From assembly GCA_963815195.1 (NCBI GenBank), contig CAWFGE010000013.1, forward strand, positions 32,001 to 96,000: a stretch of 64,000 nt of DNA, in the 5' to 3' direction. The translations under genes were made by a program, and so were the position numbers. Under the pieces are notes generated by a model that was not told the DNA's origin, did no database searches, and worked only from the letters and a program-made list of their open reading frames with translations. Source of the stretch: an uncultured Planctomycetaceae bacterium (lineage in GTDB: Bacteria > Planctomycetota > Planctomycetia > Planctomycetales > Planctomycetaceae). Below, one piece after another: positions 25,760 through 36,171 of the stretch (position 1 is its first letter; every line of letters begins with the position of its first letter).

Positions 25760-26837
25760 TCATTCCGCCAGAAGAACTTCGATTTTCTTGCGCATGTATT
25801 TCTCGCCGTCATTGCCGTTCCACTTCAGTTCGCCAGCCCAGTGTTCGCGGAAGTAGCCTTCCTTGTCGATCAGATACACGCTGGGCCACATCGAGTTGCC
25901 CCAGGCGTTCCAGTTGGCCTTCTTGCCGTCGATGAGAATCGGAAAGCCGAACTTCGGCTTCGGCGGCTTTGCGGCGGACGGAAGCGCTGTTCTGTTCGGC
26001 GTTCGTCTCGGGGGTGTGGATGCCGACGATGACCACGTCTTTGTCCTTGAAGCGCTCGCTCCACTCGCGATACCAGGGATAGTTGTGAATGCAGTTGATA
26101 CAGCCGAAGGCGTAGAAGTGGACGACGACCACTTTGCCGCGGAGCTGCTCCAGCGAGAGCGGAGGCGGAATTGATCCACTCACCGGTGCCGACAAAGTCG
26201 GGAGCCCGAAAGTCGCGGCTGACTGATATTCAAGCCGGCGAATGGCTTGCCCATCATTTCGTCAGAGCGGCTCGCTGGGAGGGCCTTAAGACGCCGAGGA
26301 GTTTTTTCTGCTGGTCAGCCAGAAGGTTGTCGTACTCTTTCTGGCCAACTGGCGATCCTTGCCTCCATCATGTACGCTGCTTTGTGGAGAGCCGCGACGG
26401 CATCTCTGGTTTCGTTGTTGATCGTCTCGATCTTCGCCTTCTGCACGTTTGAGTAATCCAGCCGATCGGCGACCTCTTTGTGCAGCAGCGCTTCGCTGCC
26501 CCAGACGCTGCAACACCAGCTCGGAGTAACGCTGCAGCTGTTCCGGTTCGAGCAGATTCTGCAGTTTCTCGCGTGCTTCAGCCGTGATCTTCGTGGCCCC
26601 GGCAACGGCGGCTTCGCGCGATTGGTTTCGCAGCGGAAGGAACCGCAGGTCAAGGTCGTCTCGCATGGCATGAAACGACTTTCCCTGTGCGGGGCTCAAA
26701 TTCAATTCCGCAATCGCGGCAGGCTCGTGTAGAAGAGTCCAGAACGGATCGTTCCAGGGTTCCGTTTCAGCCCCGCGGGCTCCAACAATTCCGAACCCGA
26801 GCAGGCAGAAAGCTGACAAGACCATGACGTAACGCAT
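25760..26837 (-). CDS. Secreted redoxin/thioredoxin-like protein (DipZ-like C-terminal domain), several frameshifts
   Basis: Signal peptide MRYVMVLSAFCLLGFGIVGARG; LRGKVVVVHFYAFGCINCIHNYP (CxxC), IGIHTPE and MWPSVYLIDKEG spread over ORFs 26286-26837, 26315-26671, 25809-26195 and 25760-26179. Confidence 0.8.
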
Positions 26838-26923
26838 ATTTCACCTCTGTGAGAGTTGTAAGTGAAGTCTGCACTCCATATCGGCCCGGGAGACCTAAAT
26901 CACCGTGTGCGATTGTGCGCGGG

Positions 26924-27185
26924 TTGAGGAACGGGCTGATGGAATACTCCGGATCGCGGGGACAAACCAAAGGATGCAAGTGCTCCGGCATGATGGCGTA
27001 GGCCCACAGGTCAAACCGGTGTTTCTCACAAGCACGTTGAAGCCCTCGATCATCCATCCCCGACTTCGATCTTTTGACAGAAAGGGTTGCCCGCGAAAGC
27101 AAGAAAACGTCAAAGCGTGGGCGTGGCCCGGTTCATCAATCCGGTGACAAGTCTTACGATGTTTGCTCCGATTTGCAACGGCCAT
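26924..27185 (-). pseudogene. 3'-truncated copy of the REP-associated tyrosine transposase (RAYT)
   Basis: 26924-~27127 reads identical to the segment starting at 31482 (offset 4558). Encodes HALTFSC and MPEHLH but ends before the catalytic YIHxNP. Confidence 0.9.
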
Positions 27186-27228
27186 CTCAACTCCGCTTGC
27201 CACCACGGCCGTTTTACCATTCGGAGCA

Positions 27229-27260
27229 CATGCTCATGCAAAGCCATGAGCATGCCACCC
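27229..27260 (-). repeat. REP copy 1 (GGGTGGCATGCTCATGGCTTTGCATGAGCATG on minus strand)
   Basis: 32-bp sequence with CATGCTCATG/CATGAGCATG stem and GGTGG foot; five identical copies in the locus. Confidence 0.95.
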
Positions 27261-27319
27261 CGCCGCAGCGCCCATCTCAACTCCCCCAGGTCAACTGGGC
27301 CGTTTCACCATTCGGAGAA

Positions 27320-27356
27320 CATGCTCATGCAAAGCCATGAGCATGCCACCCCGCCG
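27320..27356 (-). repeat. REP copy 2 plus CGCCG extension; left boundary of the AT-rich cassette
   Basis: Exact 37-bp reverse complement of 31115-31151. Confidence 0.95.
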
Positions 27357-28010
27357 GGAAATTAAGGGGGTTGCCTAAAATTCTAGGGTATATCGCTGGT
27401 CGATGAGAACAAGCCCCTGAGCCGGTTGGCTGCTCAGGAGCATCGATTAAAGCAGCACTCTCGTAAAGGTCAATGAAACCTAACCCTAGAGAAGATGCGA
27501 ATGGAAAATCATGTTGCGGCCTTTGATCTCCTCTCTTCGACCATTTCTTCGATCATCTCGATCAACTTTTTCCATTCCACTGCAATCTTGTTTTGCAAGG
27601 CTTGGTGAGCAGCCTCGCAACTGTTGTTGATCTGCTCGTCGGTCATTTCGCTGATCGCCGTCCGAAAGCCAGAACCTTTTCCCCAACGCCCCTCACATCG
27701 ATTCCAAAATGTCTGGTCCTTTTCTAACGTCTTCCGAAAAGCCGTTTGGCTCGAATCCAGCATACTCTTGGCTCCCTTTTCAACGGCCACTTCAACTCTT
27801 GTGTTGACCCTTTCAAGAAAGGGCTTCGCTGGAGCGTTAGCGGCATTAGTCATAAGATTGTGCAGAAGGACTTGGAGTTCACCGATTCTGCTTTTGATTT
27901 GGCTCACTGCTAAGTGTTGGCCTCCTTTAGCCAGATGGTGATAGTAATCCAAATCAGGGTAATTCCCATTTCTCCGAACCGAAGCCCATATTTTGGCAGG
28001 ATACTGTATC

Positions 28011-29478
28011 CACCCCTTTCAACATGTTAGTTTTTTGCTATAAGTCGCTTCTACAGGGATTGTTGTATCAAACCTTATGGAGGCGGCAAGGATGTGGCCC
28101 GACGCTGTGCTTGATCGTTTTGTGGAACAATGTCCAGCGGCAGTGATGGTTCGAGCGACGCTCGAGAATCTTGTGTCGCCGGATCGCCTGGATGAGATTT
28201 TCGCCGACGCTTCGCAGAGACAATACGAGAAAGAATTGCTGTTTTCGCAAGTGGTGGCCCTGATGATGGGCGTGGCGACGCGGACGCACAAGTCGGTCCA
28301 TGCCGGGTACTTGGCGGCCAAGGAGCAACTGGCGGTTTCGCCGGCCGCACTTTATGGCAAGTTGAACCGTCTGGAACCCGGCCTTTCGGCGACGATGATC
28401 CGGGAAACGAGCCAGGACGCGGCTCAAGTCATCGATGCCATGCCGGGAGCATGCCGCGAACTTTTGCCGGGCTATCACGTGCAGTATTTGGACGGGAATC
28501 ATTTGGCGGCGACTGAGCATCGGCTGGCGGAATTGCGCGTCACGCGGGAAGGCCCTTTGCCGGGCCAGACCTTGGCGCTTCTGGATGCGCAGCGGGATCT
28601 GATTTCGGAACTGCTTCCGTGTGAAGACGGCCATGCCCAGGAACGTTCGCTTCTGCCGGAGTTTCTGGAATGGATCCGGGCCGAGACAGTGACAATCGCC
28701 GACCGGAACTTCTGCACGACCAAGTTTCTGTTTGGAATTGTCAAGCAGTCGGCCTACTTTGTCATTCGCCAACACGCTTCGACACTCACCTGGAAACTCG
28801 TCGGTCGCCGGAAACGCATCGGACGCATCGAAACGGGTCTTGTTTTCGAGCAGTCGGCCGAGCCTGTCCCAGGGTGAAGAGACGTTGCGAGTCCGGCGGA
28901 TCACCATCCAATTGGATACGCCCACAGAGAATGGTGACACTGAGATTCACATCCTGACCAACTTGCCTGTCAAAGTCGCCAATGCGCAAAAGTGGCTTTT
29001 CTGTATCGCAAGCGCTGGACGATTGAAGAAGCCTTCCAAACTCTGACCGAGGTGTTGCGCTGCGAAGTGGAGACGCTGGGCTACCCCAAGGCGGCGCTGT
29101 TCGCCTTCGCCACGGCGGTTTTGGCTTATAACACCTATGCCGTGGTGAAAGCGGCGCTGCGATCGGTTCACGGTGAAGAAACGATCGATGAAGAACTGTC
29201 GGACTACCACCTGACGCAGGACGTGACTGCCACGACGGTGGGCATGAACATCGCCGTGGACGCGGAAATCTGGGAGGGCTATCAAATCATGCCACCTCGA
29301 AAACTCGCGATCGAGTTGGTGCGACTCGCGAAACGCATCGACCTGACGCGTTACCCCAAAAAGAAACGCGGGCCGAAAAAACCACAGCCTCGAAAAAAGA
29401 GCGGCAAACGGAATCACCATATCTCCACCGCGCGAACCCTGGCCAAATCCAGGGGTAAGTGACATGTTGAAAGGGGTG
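28011..29478 (+). mobile_element. IS4-family insertion sequence (1468 bp)
   Basis: Perfect 17-bp TIRs CACCCCTTTCAACATGT (28011-28027 and 29462-29478); 11-bp direct repeat GATACTGTATC at 28000-28010 and 29479-29489. Confidence 0.95.
28092..29462 (+). CDS. IS4-family DDE transposase (two apparent frameshifts near 28860 and 28990)
   Basis: YLDGNHL, IADRNFC and LYRKRWTIEEAF (YREK-type motif); RBS GGAGG at 28079-28083; stop overlaps the right TIR. Confidence 0.9.
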
Positions 29479-31114
29479 GATACTGTATCTTATTGATTGC
29501 CTCAACTAGTTCTTTCTGAACTCCCTTGTCGTTCGGTTCGAAGTCCCGATGCTCGTCAATCCAAGTTTTGAGTGTTCCATCGACATGCTTGTAGACAGCC
29601 CGAACCTGTTCGTCCTTTTGATCTTTAATCAGACGATTTACGTCTTCTCCCAATCGAGCAATTTCTTCGACATGAGTTTGCCGGAGATTGTTTATCATGG
29701 TCACGATTTGCTTGCGGATTTTATCGGTGTTCTCCGAAGCAGCGTTATAGAATCCAATGTTGAGCTTGCCGACACCAACATCCTTCAATAAGAGTTCAAT
29801 CTGCTCAGACTTAACCTCATATCCATCTTCATCAGATTCCACCATTTCACCATCGGGCCATCTCGTTACCGATGCTTCTCCAGGCTTTGGAAGCACCAAG
29901 AGCAATGTTGTGGCGTTCAGATTCCTAACTCCCGAAGCAATGGCTCGTTGTAATAATGTCTGCGTAGCAACCGAAGGGGCATCATTGAAGGAACTACACA
30001 AGACAACGATTGTGCAATCGTTGTCAAAATGGCATTCCAGGTCTGCTCGCTCTGCTGTTTGGTCAATTCCCTTCGTGTCGATTATTCGAAGCGATAAGTT
30101 TTCAAGATCCGAAAGCGGATACGGAACGGTGACCTCGATCCGATCAGGCATTGATACGTCAGGTTGTCGTCCATTATTGACCTTGGAAAAGGTATTTTGG
30201 AGCCAGCGCTCAGGAAATTCTGCTTCTTCATCGGGAATCCACAACTCAGCTGTCACTCTACGATCCAAACTCATTCTTCGAAAGATTTCCTCAGCCAACT
30301 CGACTTGATCGGACATTTGTCGAGCGAGTTCTTCAGCCAAATTAACTCTCGTCGTACTTCCGTCTTCATCCGTTCGCTTTTCGGACAAAAGGCCCGTCAT
30401 GTTTCGGATTGCACGAACGATCTCGCCGGAAATTCCCAAACGGTTGGTCCCATCACCAGACGCCGCTCCCTTTGATTCATTTGGGTGCGTCTTCCGAAAA
30501 AGGTACTCAGCATAATCGGCAACGTCTTTCTGAATTGACTCCGCTATTCTTGGCTCAATAAGCAACCCAAATCGATTTCCTTCCGATATTTCGACTTCGC
30601 AAATTGTAATTCCCCCACTCCCCGTTTCTAAAACAACCTGCTTGGTCAGTTGTGGTTCCTCTTCAACGAGGAGGCCAGTCATCTTGCAGATTGCAGTTGA
30701 TTTTCCAACTCCGATATTCCCAATGAAAGCAACTTTATGTTCCCTCGCTCGCAGAAAATAGGCACAACGGCTAAGTTCGTTCTCATAGGCAACAATATGG
30801 CCGAGGAAGACGGGATGAAGCCCCTCCGTAGCTTTCAGCAGGGCCAACTTTTCCAATGACTCTTCGGCGTGCCAGAGTGTTTTCACGTTCGGATGAATCG
30901 GCTCCGGTTGATGAAGGTGTTTCCAAGTCTTGCCATTGAAACTAGCCTGATCGGCGGTCATTTTACTTTCCTTCGTCGTGGGGAGACATTTTATATTTCG
31001 CTACCCAATTGTTTCTGCCTTCTGGTGGATTTAACCAACATATCCGTTTGTTTGAGCAGTTTCCACCGAGTATTGTTACACGAAAATGTCATTTTCCGGA
31101 ATTCTGAATGGTAT

Positions 31115-31151
31115 CGGCGGGGTGGCATGCTCATGGCTTTGCATGAGCATG
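31115..31151 (+). repeat. REP copy 3 (inverted); right boundary of the cassette and 3' flank of RAYT
   Basis: CGGCGGGGTGGCATGCTCATGGCTTTGCATGAGCATG, 5 nt from the RAYT stop codon. Confidence 0.95.
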
Positions 31152-31156
31152 CTGAT

Positions 31157-31743
31157 TCATCCCTCTTTTGCTCGTGGAAAGGAATCTCTATCCATCCTCA
31201 GCAACCCCGTCCCAGGTTCCTGCCATTCGGCGGCGCTGGACCACACCCATTCTTCGGGGCGTTCACAAAATCCGCGTCTCACAGGATTGGCATGAATATA
31301 AGCAACTTCCGCCCAAACGGTAGATGGTTCTGTCAGGTTCCGGTCATAGCCTCCCCCACGTTGCCAGAAACGGTAATGCACATCTCCATTCGGCTGAAGA
31401 TCTTTCATTCGGGGAAGTAAATCGGGAGCCTGCTCTTGAACATACTTCAACGCTTTCTTGGAGACGGACTGTTTGAGCCTCTTGAGGAACGGGCTGATGG
31501 AATACTCCGGATCGCGGGGACAAACCAAAGGATGCAAGTGCTCCGGCATGATGGCGTAGGCCCACAGGTCAAACCGGTGTTTCTCACAAGCACGTTGAAG
31601 CCCTCGATCATCCATCCCCGACTTCGATCTTTTGACAGAAAGGGTTGCCCGCGAAAGCAAGAAAACGTCAAAGCGTGGGCGTGGCCTGGTTCATCAATCC
31701 GGTGGCAAGTCTTACGATGCTTGCTCGAATTCGCAGCGCCCAT
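31157..31743 (-). CDS. REP-associated tyrosine transposase (RAYT/TnpA-REP, HUH Y1 family), one frameshift near 31602
   Basis: HALTFSC, AYAIMPEHLH (HUH), FWQRGGGYDRNL, YIHANPVRRG (catalytic Tyr) and WVWSSA; flanked by inverted REPs. Confidence 0.92.
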
Positions 31744-31787
31744 CTCAACTCCCCCAGGTCAACTGGGCCGTTTTACCATTCGGAGCA

Positions 31788-31872
31788 CATGCTCATGCAA
31801 AGCCATGAGCATGCCACCCATCGTTTCATCATTCGGAAACCATGCTCATGCAAAGCCATGAGCATGCCACCC
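31788..31872 (-). repeat. REP copies 4 and 5 (31788-31819, 31841-31872) upstream of RAYT
   Basis: Two tandem identical 32-bp REPs. Confidence 0.95.
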
Positions 31873-31879
31873 AAACGCG

Positions 31880-33249
31880 CTATACCAACTCGTGCAGCGG
31901 GGCGGGGTTTTCGTTGAGGAGTTTGATCGGGAAGTCGGCGTCGGTGCGGATGAAGCCTTGGGGGTCGATGCCCAGGTTGTGGTACAGCGTGGCCAGGATT
32001 TCCTGGAACTTGACCGGGCGGTCGTCGGGGTGGCCGCCGTCGGCGGTGGTGGAGCCGATGACCTGGCCGGTCCGCAGGCCGCCGCCGGCCAAGAGGCGCA
32101 ACTTGCCGGGGGCCAGTGGTCGCGGCCGGCGTTTTTGTTGATCTTGGGCGTGCGGCCGAACTCGCTGCACACCAGCACGGTCACATCATCGATCAGATCC
32201 CGCTCTTTGAGGTCGGTGATGAGCGCGGACAGGCCGTGGTCCACGATCGGCAATCGCTCGCGCATCTGGCCGAAGTTGTTGCCGTGATAATCCCAGCGGC
32301 CGTAGCCGAGCGTCACGCAGCGGACGCCGATTTCAATCAGCCGCCGGCAGAGGAGGATTTGCTCGTTCCAGATCGGCGGTCCGTCGTCCACGTTTTTGGA
32401 GGAGCCGCCGGTCGCGGGGCTGCCGATGCCGTAGCGTTTGAGGATTTTGGGATCTTCCTGCGTGATGTCGAGGGCGGTGAGGAGTTTGCTGGAGGTCAAC
32501 ACGTCGAAGGCCTGCTCGTAAATCGCCTGGGTGCCTTGGAGCATGGCGTTGTCCACATCCCGCCGGAAGCCGTCGAACGCGGACAGCAGTTTTTGGCGGT
32601 TTTTGAGCTGGTCGAGCGTGATGCCGTCGAGCTGCATGGCTTTGATGTCGTCGCCGTCGGGCCGGACCGGAGCATACGCCCGCCCCAGCTTGCCGGGAAA
32701 GCCGATGTCGGCCCAGGGCTTATGGCCGCAGTCTTTGCTGAGCCCCATAAACGGCGGCACCGCGGGATCGGGGGAACCCAAAGCCCGCGCGATGAAGGAA
32801 CCGACCGAGGGTTGCTCCAGCCGCTGCTGATCGCCCCGGCGATAACCGCTGAGGCATTGGGTGGCGGCGTGGGCTCCGTCGGAATCGGCGATCGAGCGGA
32901 TGATGGCGAACTGGTCCATCATCTGGGCCAACCGGGGCATCAGTTCGCAGATCTCGATGCCGGGCACGTTGGTGGGGATCGGCTGGAACTCCCCGCGAAT
33001 GTCGGTCGGGGCTTCGGGCTTGAGATCCACAAAGTCCTGGTGCGAGACGCCGCCGGCGAGGAAGATCTGGATCACGGCCTTCTTGGAATTGGGATCGCCC
33101 TGTTTGGTGTTCGATCCTTGAGCCTCGGCTTGGAGGATTTGCGCGAGGCTGAGTCCGCCCAATCCGAGGGCGCCGATTTTCAAAAACGAACGCCGATTCG
33201 CGGAATCACAAAATCGCTGCTTCGCACCCGAGATGGTCAACATTGGCAA
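31880..33249 (-). CDS. DUF1501 domain protein (frameshift near 32100)
   Basis: RRSFLKIGALGLGGLSL N-terminus; FLAGGVSHQD, IRGEFQPIPTNVPG, SEFGRTPKIN...GRDHWP, then LAGGGLRTGQVIGST in ORF 31880-32170. Confidence 0.88.
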
Positions 33250-33650
33250 TGTCTCCTTTGGGATTCCGACACCATCACATCAACGGCTTCGAATATATTA
33301 TCGTATCGTCAAGCAAAGCGGCAAGGCTAACCTCGGAAACCGCGCGGGGCGGGGATCGTTATAATCGTTGAACTTGCCGTCATCCGCATCGGAAAATCTC
33401 GGCCGACGCCGGCGACCGGCTGACGGGCCGCCGGCCGAAGTGTATGGTTCTGACGGCCCGTTGCCGGTCGGTTTTCGGGAAGTGGGTTTCATCCCGGAAA
33501 AACACCAATCGGAAACAGCTTCAAAGCCGAACCCGGCGGCGGGGGCACTGGTCAGGGATACCAGACTTGACTAAACTGCTATTTTAGGTGGGGTTCCCTC
33601 CAGACGCCCCCCAACTCTTCACAATTTTGATTGAGATTCGAGGAAGACCC

Positions 33651-35459
33651 GTGGCGACCGCAGCAGACAGCAAACTGACCCAAGAGCAAGACACCGAAAC
33701 CGAACCTCGCACCTTGAACGGAGCGGAGATTCTGGTGGAAGCCCTGGTGCGGCAAGGGACGAAGCTGGTCTTTGCGTACCCCGGCGGGGCCAGCATGCCG
33801 TTGCATCAGGCGCTGCTCAAATATCGGGAGCAACTCCGCACGGTATTGCCCCGGCACGAGCAGGGCGGCGGGTTTGCGGCTCAGGGTCTGGCCCGCACGA
33901 CGGGACAGGTCGGCGTGTGCATGGCCACCAGCGGACCCGGCGCGACGAATCTGGTCACCGCCCTCGCCGACGGCAAGCTCGACAGCGTGCCCATGGTCGC
34001 CATCACGGGACAGGTGGCGCAAGCGGTCATCGGCAGCGACGCCTTCCAGGAAACGCCGATGGTCGAAGTCAGCCGGGCCATCACCAAGCATCATTACATG
34101 ATCACGCGGCTGGAAGATGTCACGCGGATCGTCAAGGAAGCCTATTACCTCGCCAGAACCGGCCGCCCGGGTCCGGTCTTGATCGACTTTCCAAAAGATG
34201 TCCAGCTCGCGAAGACCGATGAAGAACCCGATTGGGATCCGCCGATGAATCTGCCGGGCTATCATCCCGAAGTTCGAACGCCCGCCCCGGAGCAAATTCG
34301 GCAGGTCATCGCAGCCATTCGCAGATCGAAACGGCCCGTACTCTACGTGGGCGGCGGCTGCATTACGTCGGGGGCCGCCGACGAACTCACCAAGTTCGCG
34401 CTGTGGACGAAAATCCCCGTCACCACGACCGTGATGGGCCTGGGGGCGTTTCCGGGCGATCATCCGCAATCGCTGGACATGCTCGGCATGCACGGCACCG
34501 TTTATGCGAATTACGCCGTCAACGAAGCCGACCTTCTGTTGGCGCTGGGCGTGCGGTTTGACGACCGGGTGACCGGGAAGCTCGAAGAGTTCGCCCGGCA
34601 CGGGAAGATCGTGCACGTCGATGTCGATCCTTCCGAAATCCACAAAAACAAGGAAGCCCACATCCCGATCGTGGCGGACCTCAAGCTGGTGCTGCGGGAA
34701 TTGGGCGACATGATGACCGAGGACGACCTGCCGCAGATCGAGGATTGGTCCAAACGCATCGCCGGCTGGAAGCGGGACTATCCGCTCAAGTTTAACGAAT
34801 CGGGCGATCAGATCCTGCAGCAGTATGCGATCCAGGAACTCTGGCGGCAAACCCGCGAGCGGGACACCTTTATCACCGTGGGCGTGGGGCAGCATCAAAT
34901 GTGGGCCGCCCAATTTTACAAGTTCGACAAACCCCGCCGCTGGCTGAGCAGCTCCGGCCTGGGCACGATGGGCTTCGGACTTCCCGCGGCGATGGGCGTG
35001 CAGGCGGCTCATCCCGATTCGCTCGTCGTGGACATCGACGGCGACGGCTCGTTCCAGATGAACATCCAGGAACTCGCCACGCTGTTCTGCGAAAAGCTGC
35101 CCGTGAAGGTTTTGCTCTTGAACAACCAGCACCTGGGCATGGTGGTGCAGTGGGAAGACCGCTTCCATCAGGGGCAGCGAGCCCATACCTATTTGGGGCC
35201 GATCGATCATCCCGAGGCGCTCGGCGAAGGCGACGGCAGCACGTTTTCCGATCAGACCTATCCCGATTTCGTGAAGATCGCCGAGGGCTATGGCATCGCC
35301 GGCCGCCGGGTCCGCCATAAGTCGGAGTATTCCGAAGCGCTCGCGGAAATGCTCGATCACGAAGGGCCATATCTGCTCGATGTCATCTGCCCCTACCAGG
35401 AGCACGTGCTGCCGATGATCCCCAGTGGCAAGACGGTGAACGACATTATTACCGAATAG
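33651..35459 (+). CDS. ilvB: Acetolactate synthase large subunit
   Basis: [37 protein letters not shown] and the GDGSFQMN...NN TPP motif; GTG 33651 after RBS GAGGA. Confidence 0.95.
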   Translation: MATAADSKLTQEQDTETEPRTLNGAEILVEALVRQGTKLVFAYPGGASMPLHQALLKYREQLRTVLPRHEQGGGFAAQGLARTTGQVGVCMATSGPGATNLVTALADGKLDSVPMVAITGQVAQAVIGSDAFQETPMVEVSRAITKHHYMITRLEDVTRIVKEAYYLARTGRPGPVLIDFPKDVQLAKTDEEPDWDPPMNLPGYHPEVRTPAPEQIRQVIAAIRRSKRPVLYVGGGCITSGAADELTKFALWTKIPVTTTVMGLGAFPGDHPQSLDMLGMHGTVYANYAVNEADLLLALGVRFDDRVTGKLEEFARHGKIVHVDVDPSEIHKNKEAHIPIVADLKLVLRELGDMMTEDDLPQIEDWSKRIAGWKRDYPLKFNESGDQILQQYAIQELWRQTRERDTFITVGVGQHQMWAAQFYKFDKPRRWLSSSGLGTMGFGLPAAMGVQAAHPDSLVVDIDGDGSFQMNIQELATLFCEKLPVKVLLLNNQHLGMVVQWEDRFHQGQRAHTYLGPIDHPEALGEGDGSTFSDQTYPDFVKIAEGYGIAGRRVRHKSEYSEALAEMLDHEGPYLLDVICPYQEHVLPMIPSGKTVNDIITE

Positions 35460-35485
35460 TCACATTTTCACGTGGAGGAGATGTT

Positions 35486-35971
35486 GTGGCGGATTCCGAA
35501 CAGGCCGAAGTTTCCCGATACAAGACGCCCTTCTCGTGTTACCTCTCCGCCCTCATCTCGTTTCTCGTGGTCCTATTCGGTTTCCCGTTCGTTTTTCTTG
35601 TGTTCGTGTTCTTGGTTCCCGATCAGTACGAGGCCCTTTCTGACAATGCGAAGAGCGTGGTCGGTTGGGGCGTGACGATCGTTGCCCTCATCTCCGCCCT
35701 GGTTTCAGCCCGCGGCGCGTTTTTATTGTCCAAAAAGAAAGCCATCGAACGGAACGAAATCCGAGAAGGAAAAACGGAGGGCCGGAAACGTTGGGGACAG
35801 CGCAGCGGTATCATGCAAGTGTTCGGCGGAGTGCTTGGGCTGGGCATTGGGGCGGTCGCGGGATATTTCTCAACACACGATCATTCGTTCGGCGCAACAC
35901 TGGGGGGATTCTTCGGATTCCTGGGCGGCTTTTTCTTAAGCGCGATTTACTTCTCCCTAAAAAGCAAATAG
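35486..35971 (+). CDS. Hypothetical membrane protein (about 4 TM segments)
   Basis: RBS GGAGGAG; hydrophobic segments; Gly-rich helices. Confidence 0.7.
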   Translation: MADSEQAEVSRYKTPFSCYLSALISFLVVLFGFPFVFLVFVFLVPDQYEALSDNAKSVVGWGVTIVALISALVSARGAFLLSKKKAIERNEIREGKTEGRKRWGQRSGIMQVFGGVLGLGIGAVAGYFSTHDHSFGATLGGFFGFLGGFFLSAIYFSLKSK

Positions 35972-36075
35972 CGTCCTCTCCGTTCTCCGCCGGATTCAGA
36001 CGTTCGTCCCGAATTGCAGAACCCGATCCGTTGAAATGTGTCTCTCAAATCGCAACGATTTGCGTTTTTACAATG

Positions 36076-36130
36076 AGCGCGAAGCGCGAGCGAGGGAAAG
36101 ACAGCGATTGCCTCGCTTGCACTTCGGGCT
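36076..36130. repeat. REP-like inverted doublet (CGAAGCGCGAGCGAGG ... CCTCGCTTGCACTTCG)
   Basis: Imperfect 20-bp inverted arms in an intergenic space. Confidence 0.7.
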
Positions 36131-36171
36131 AAAAGTTCACGTTGGCCGGCCCTTCGGTTTTTGGGAATTTC

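Larger units (their letters stand above)
27509..30961 (-). pseudogene. Dynamin-like P-loop GTPase (657 aa when restored), interrupted by the IS4 element
   Basis: G1 GNIGVGKS, G2-like ETGSGGITICEV, G3 IIDTKG, helical C-terminus. Removing the IS and one TSD copy joins ...AINKIQY to PAKIWASVRRNGNYPDLDYYHHL... in frame (1483+491=1974 nt). RBS GAAGGA upstream of ATG 30961. Confidence 0.8.

Noticed and set aside
27175..27356. CRISPR mini-array (also considered for 31788-31872 and 47762-47851)
   Set aside because: Only 2-3 repeats; the intervening sequences are homologous to each other or absent; no cas genes; an adjacent RAYT explains them as REPs.
27416..27438. Terminator of the GTPase gene (CCTGAGC/GCTCAGG hairpin)
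   Set aside because: 7-bp stem without a clear U-tract; too weak to call.
26924..31743. Classical composite transposon or prophage att sites formed by the direct repeat
   Set aside because: The repeat is RAYT coding sequence; no integrase, phage genes or outer target duplication were seen.
33250..33650. Branched-chain amino acid attenuator or riboswitch upstream of ilvB
   Set aside because: No Leu/Val/Ile-rich leader peptide or terminator hairpin with a U-tract was seen.
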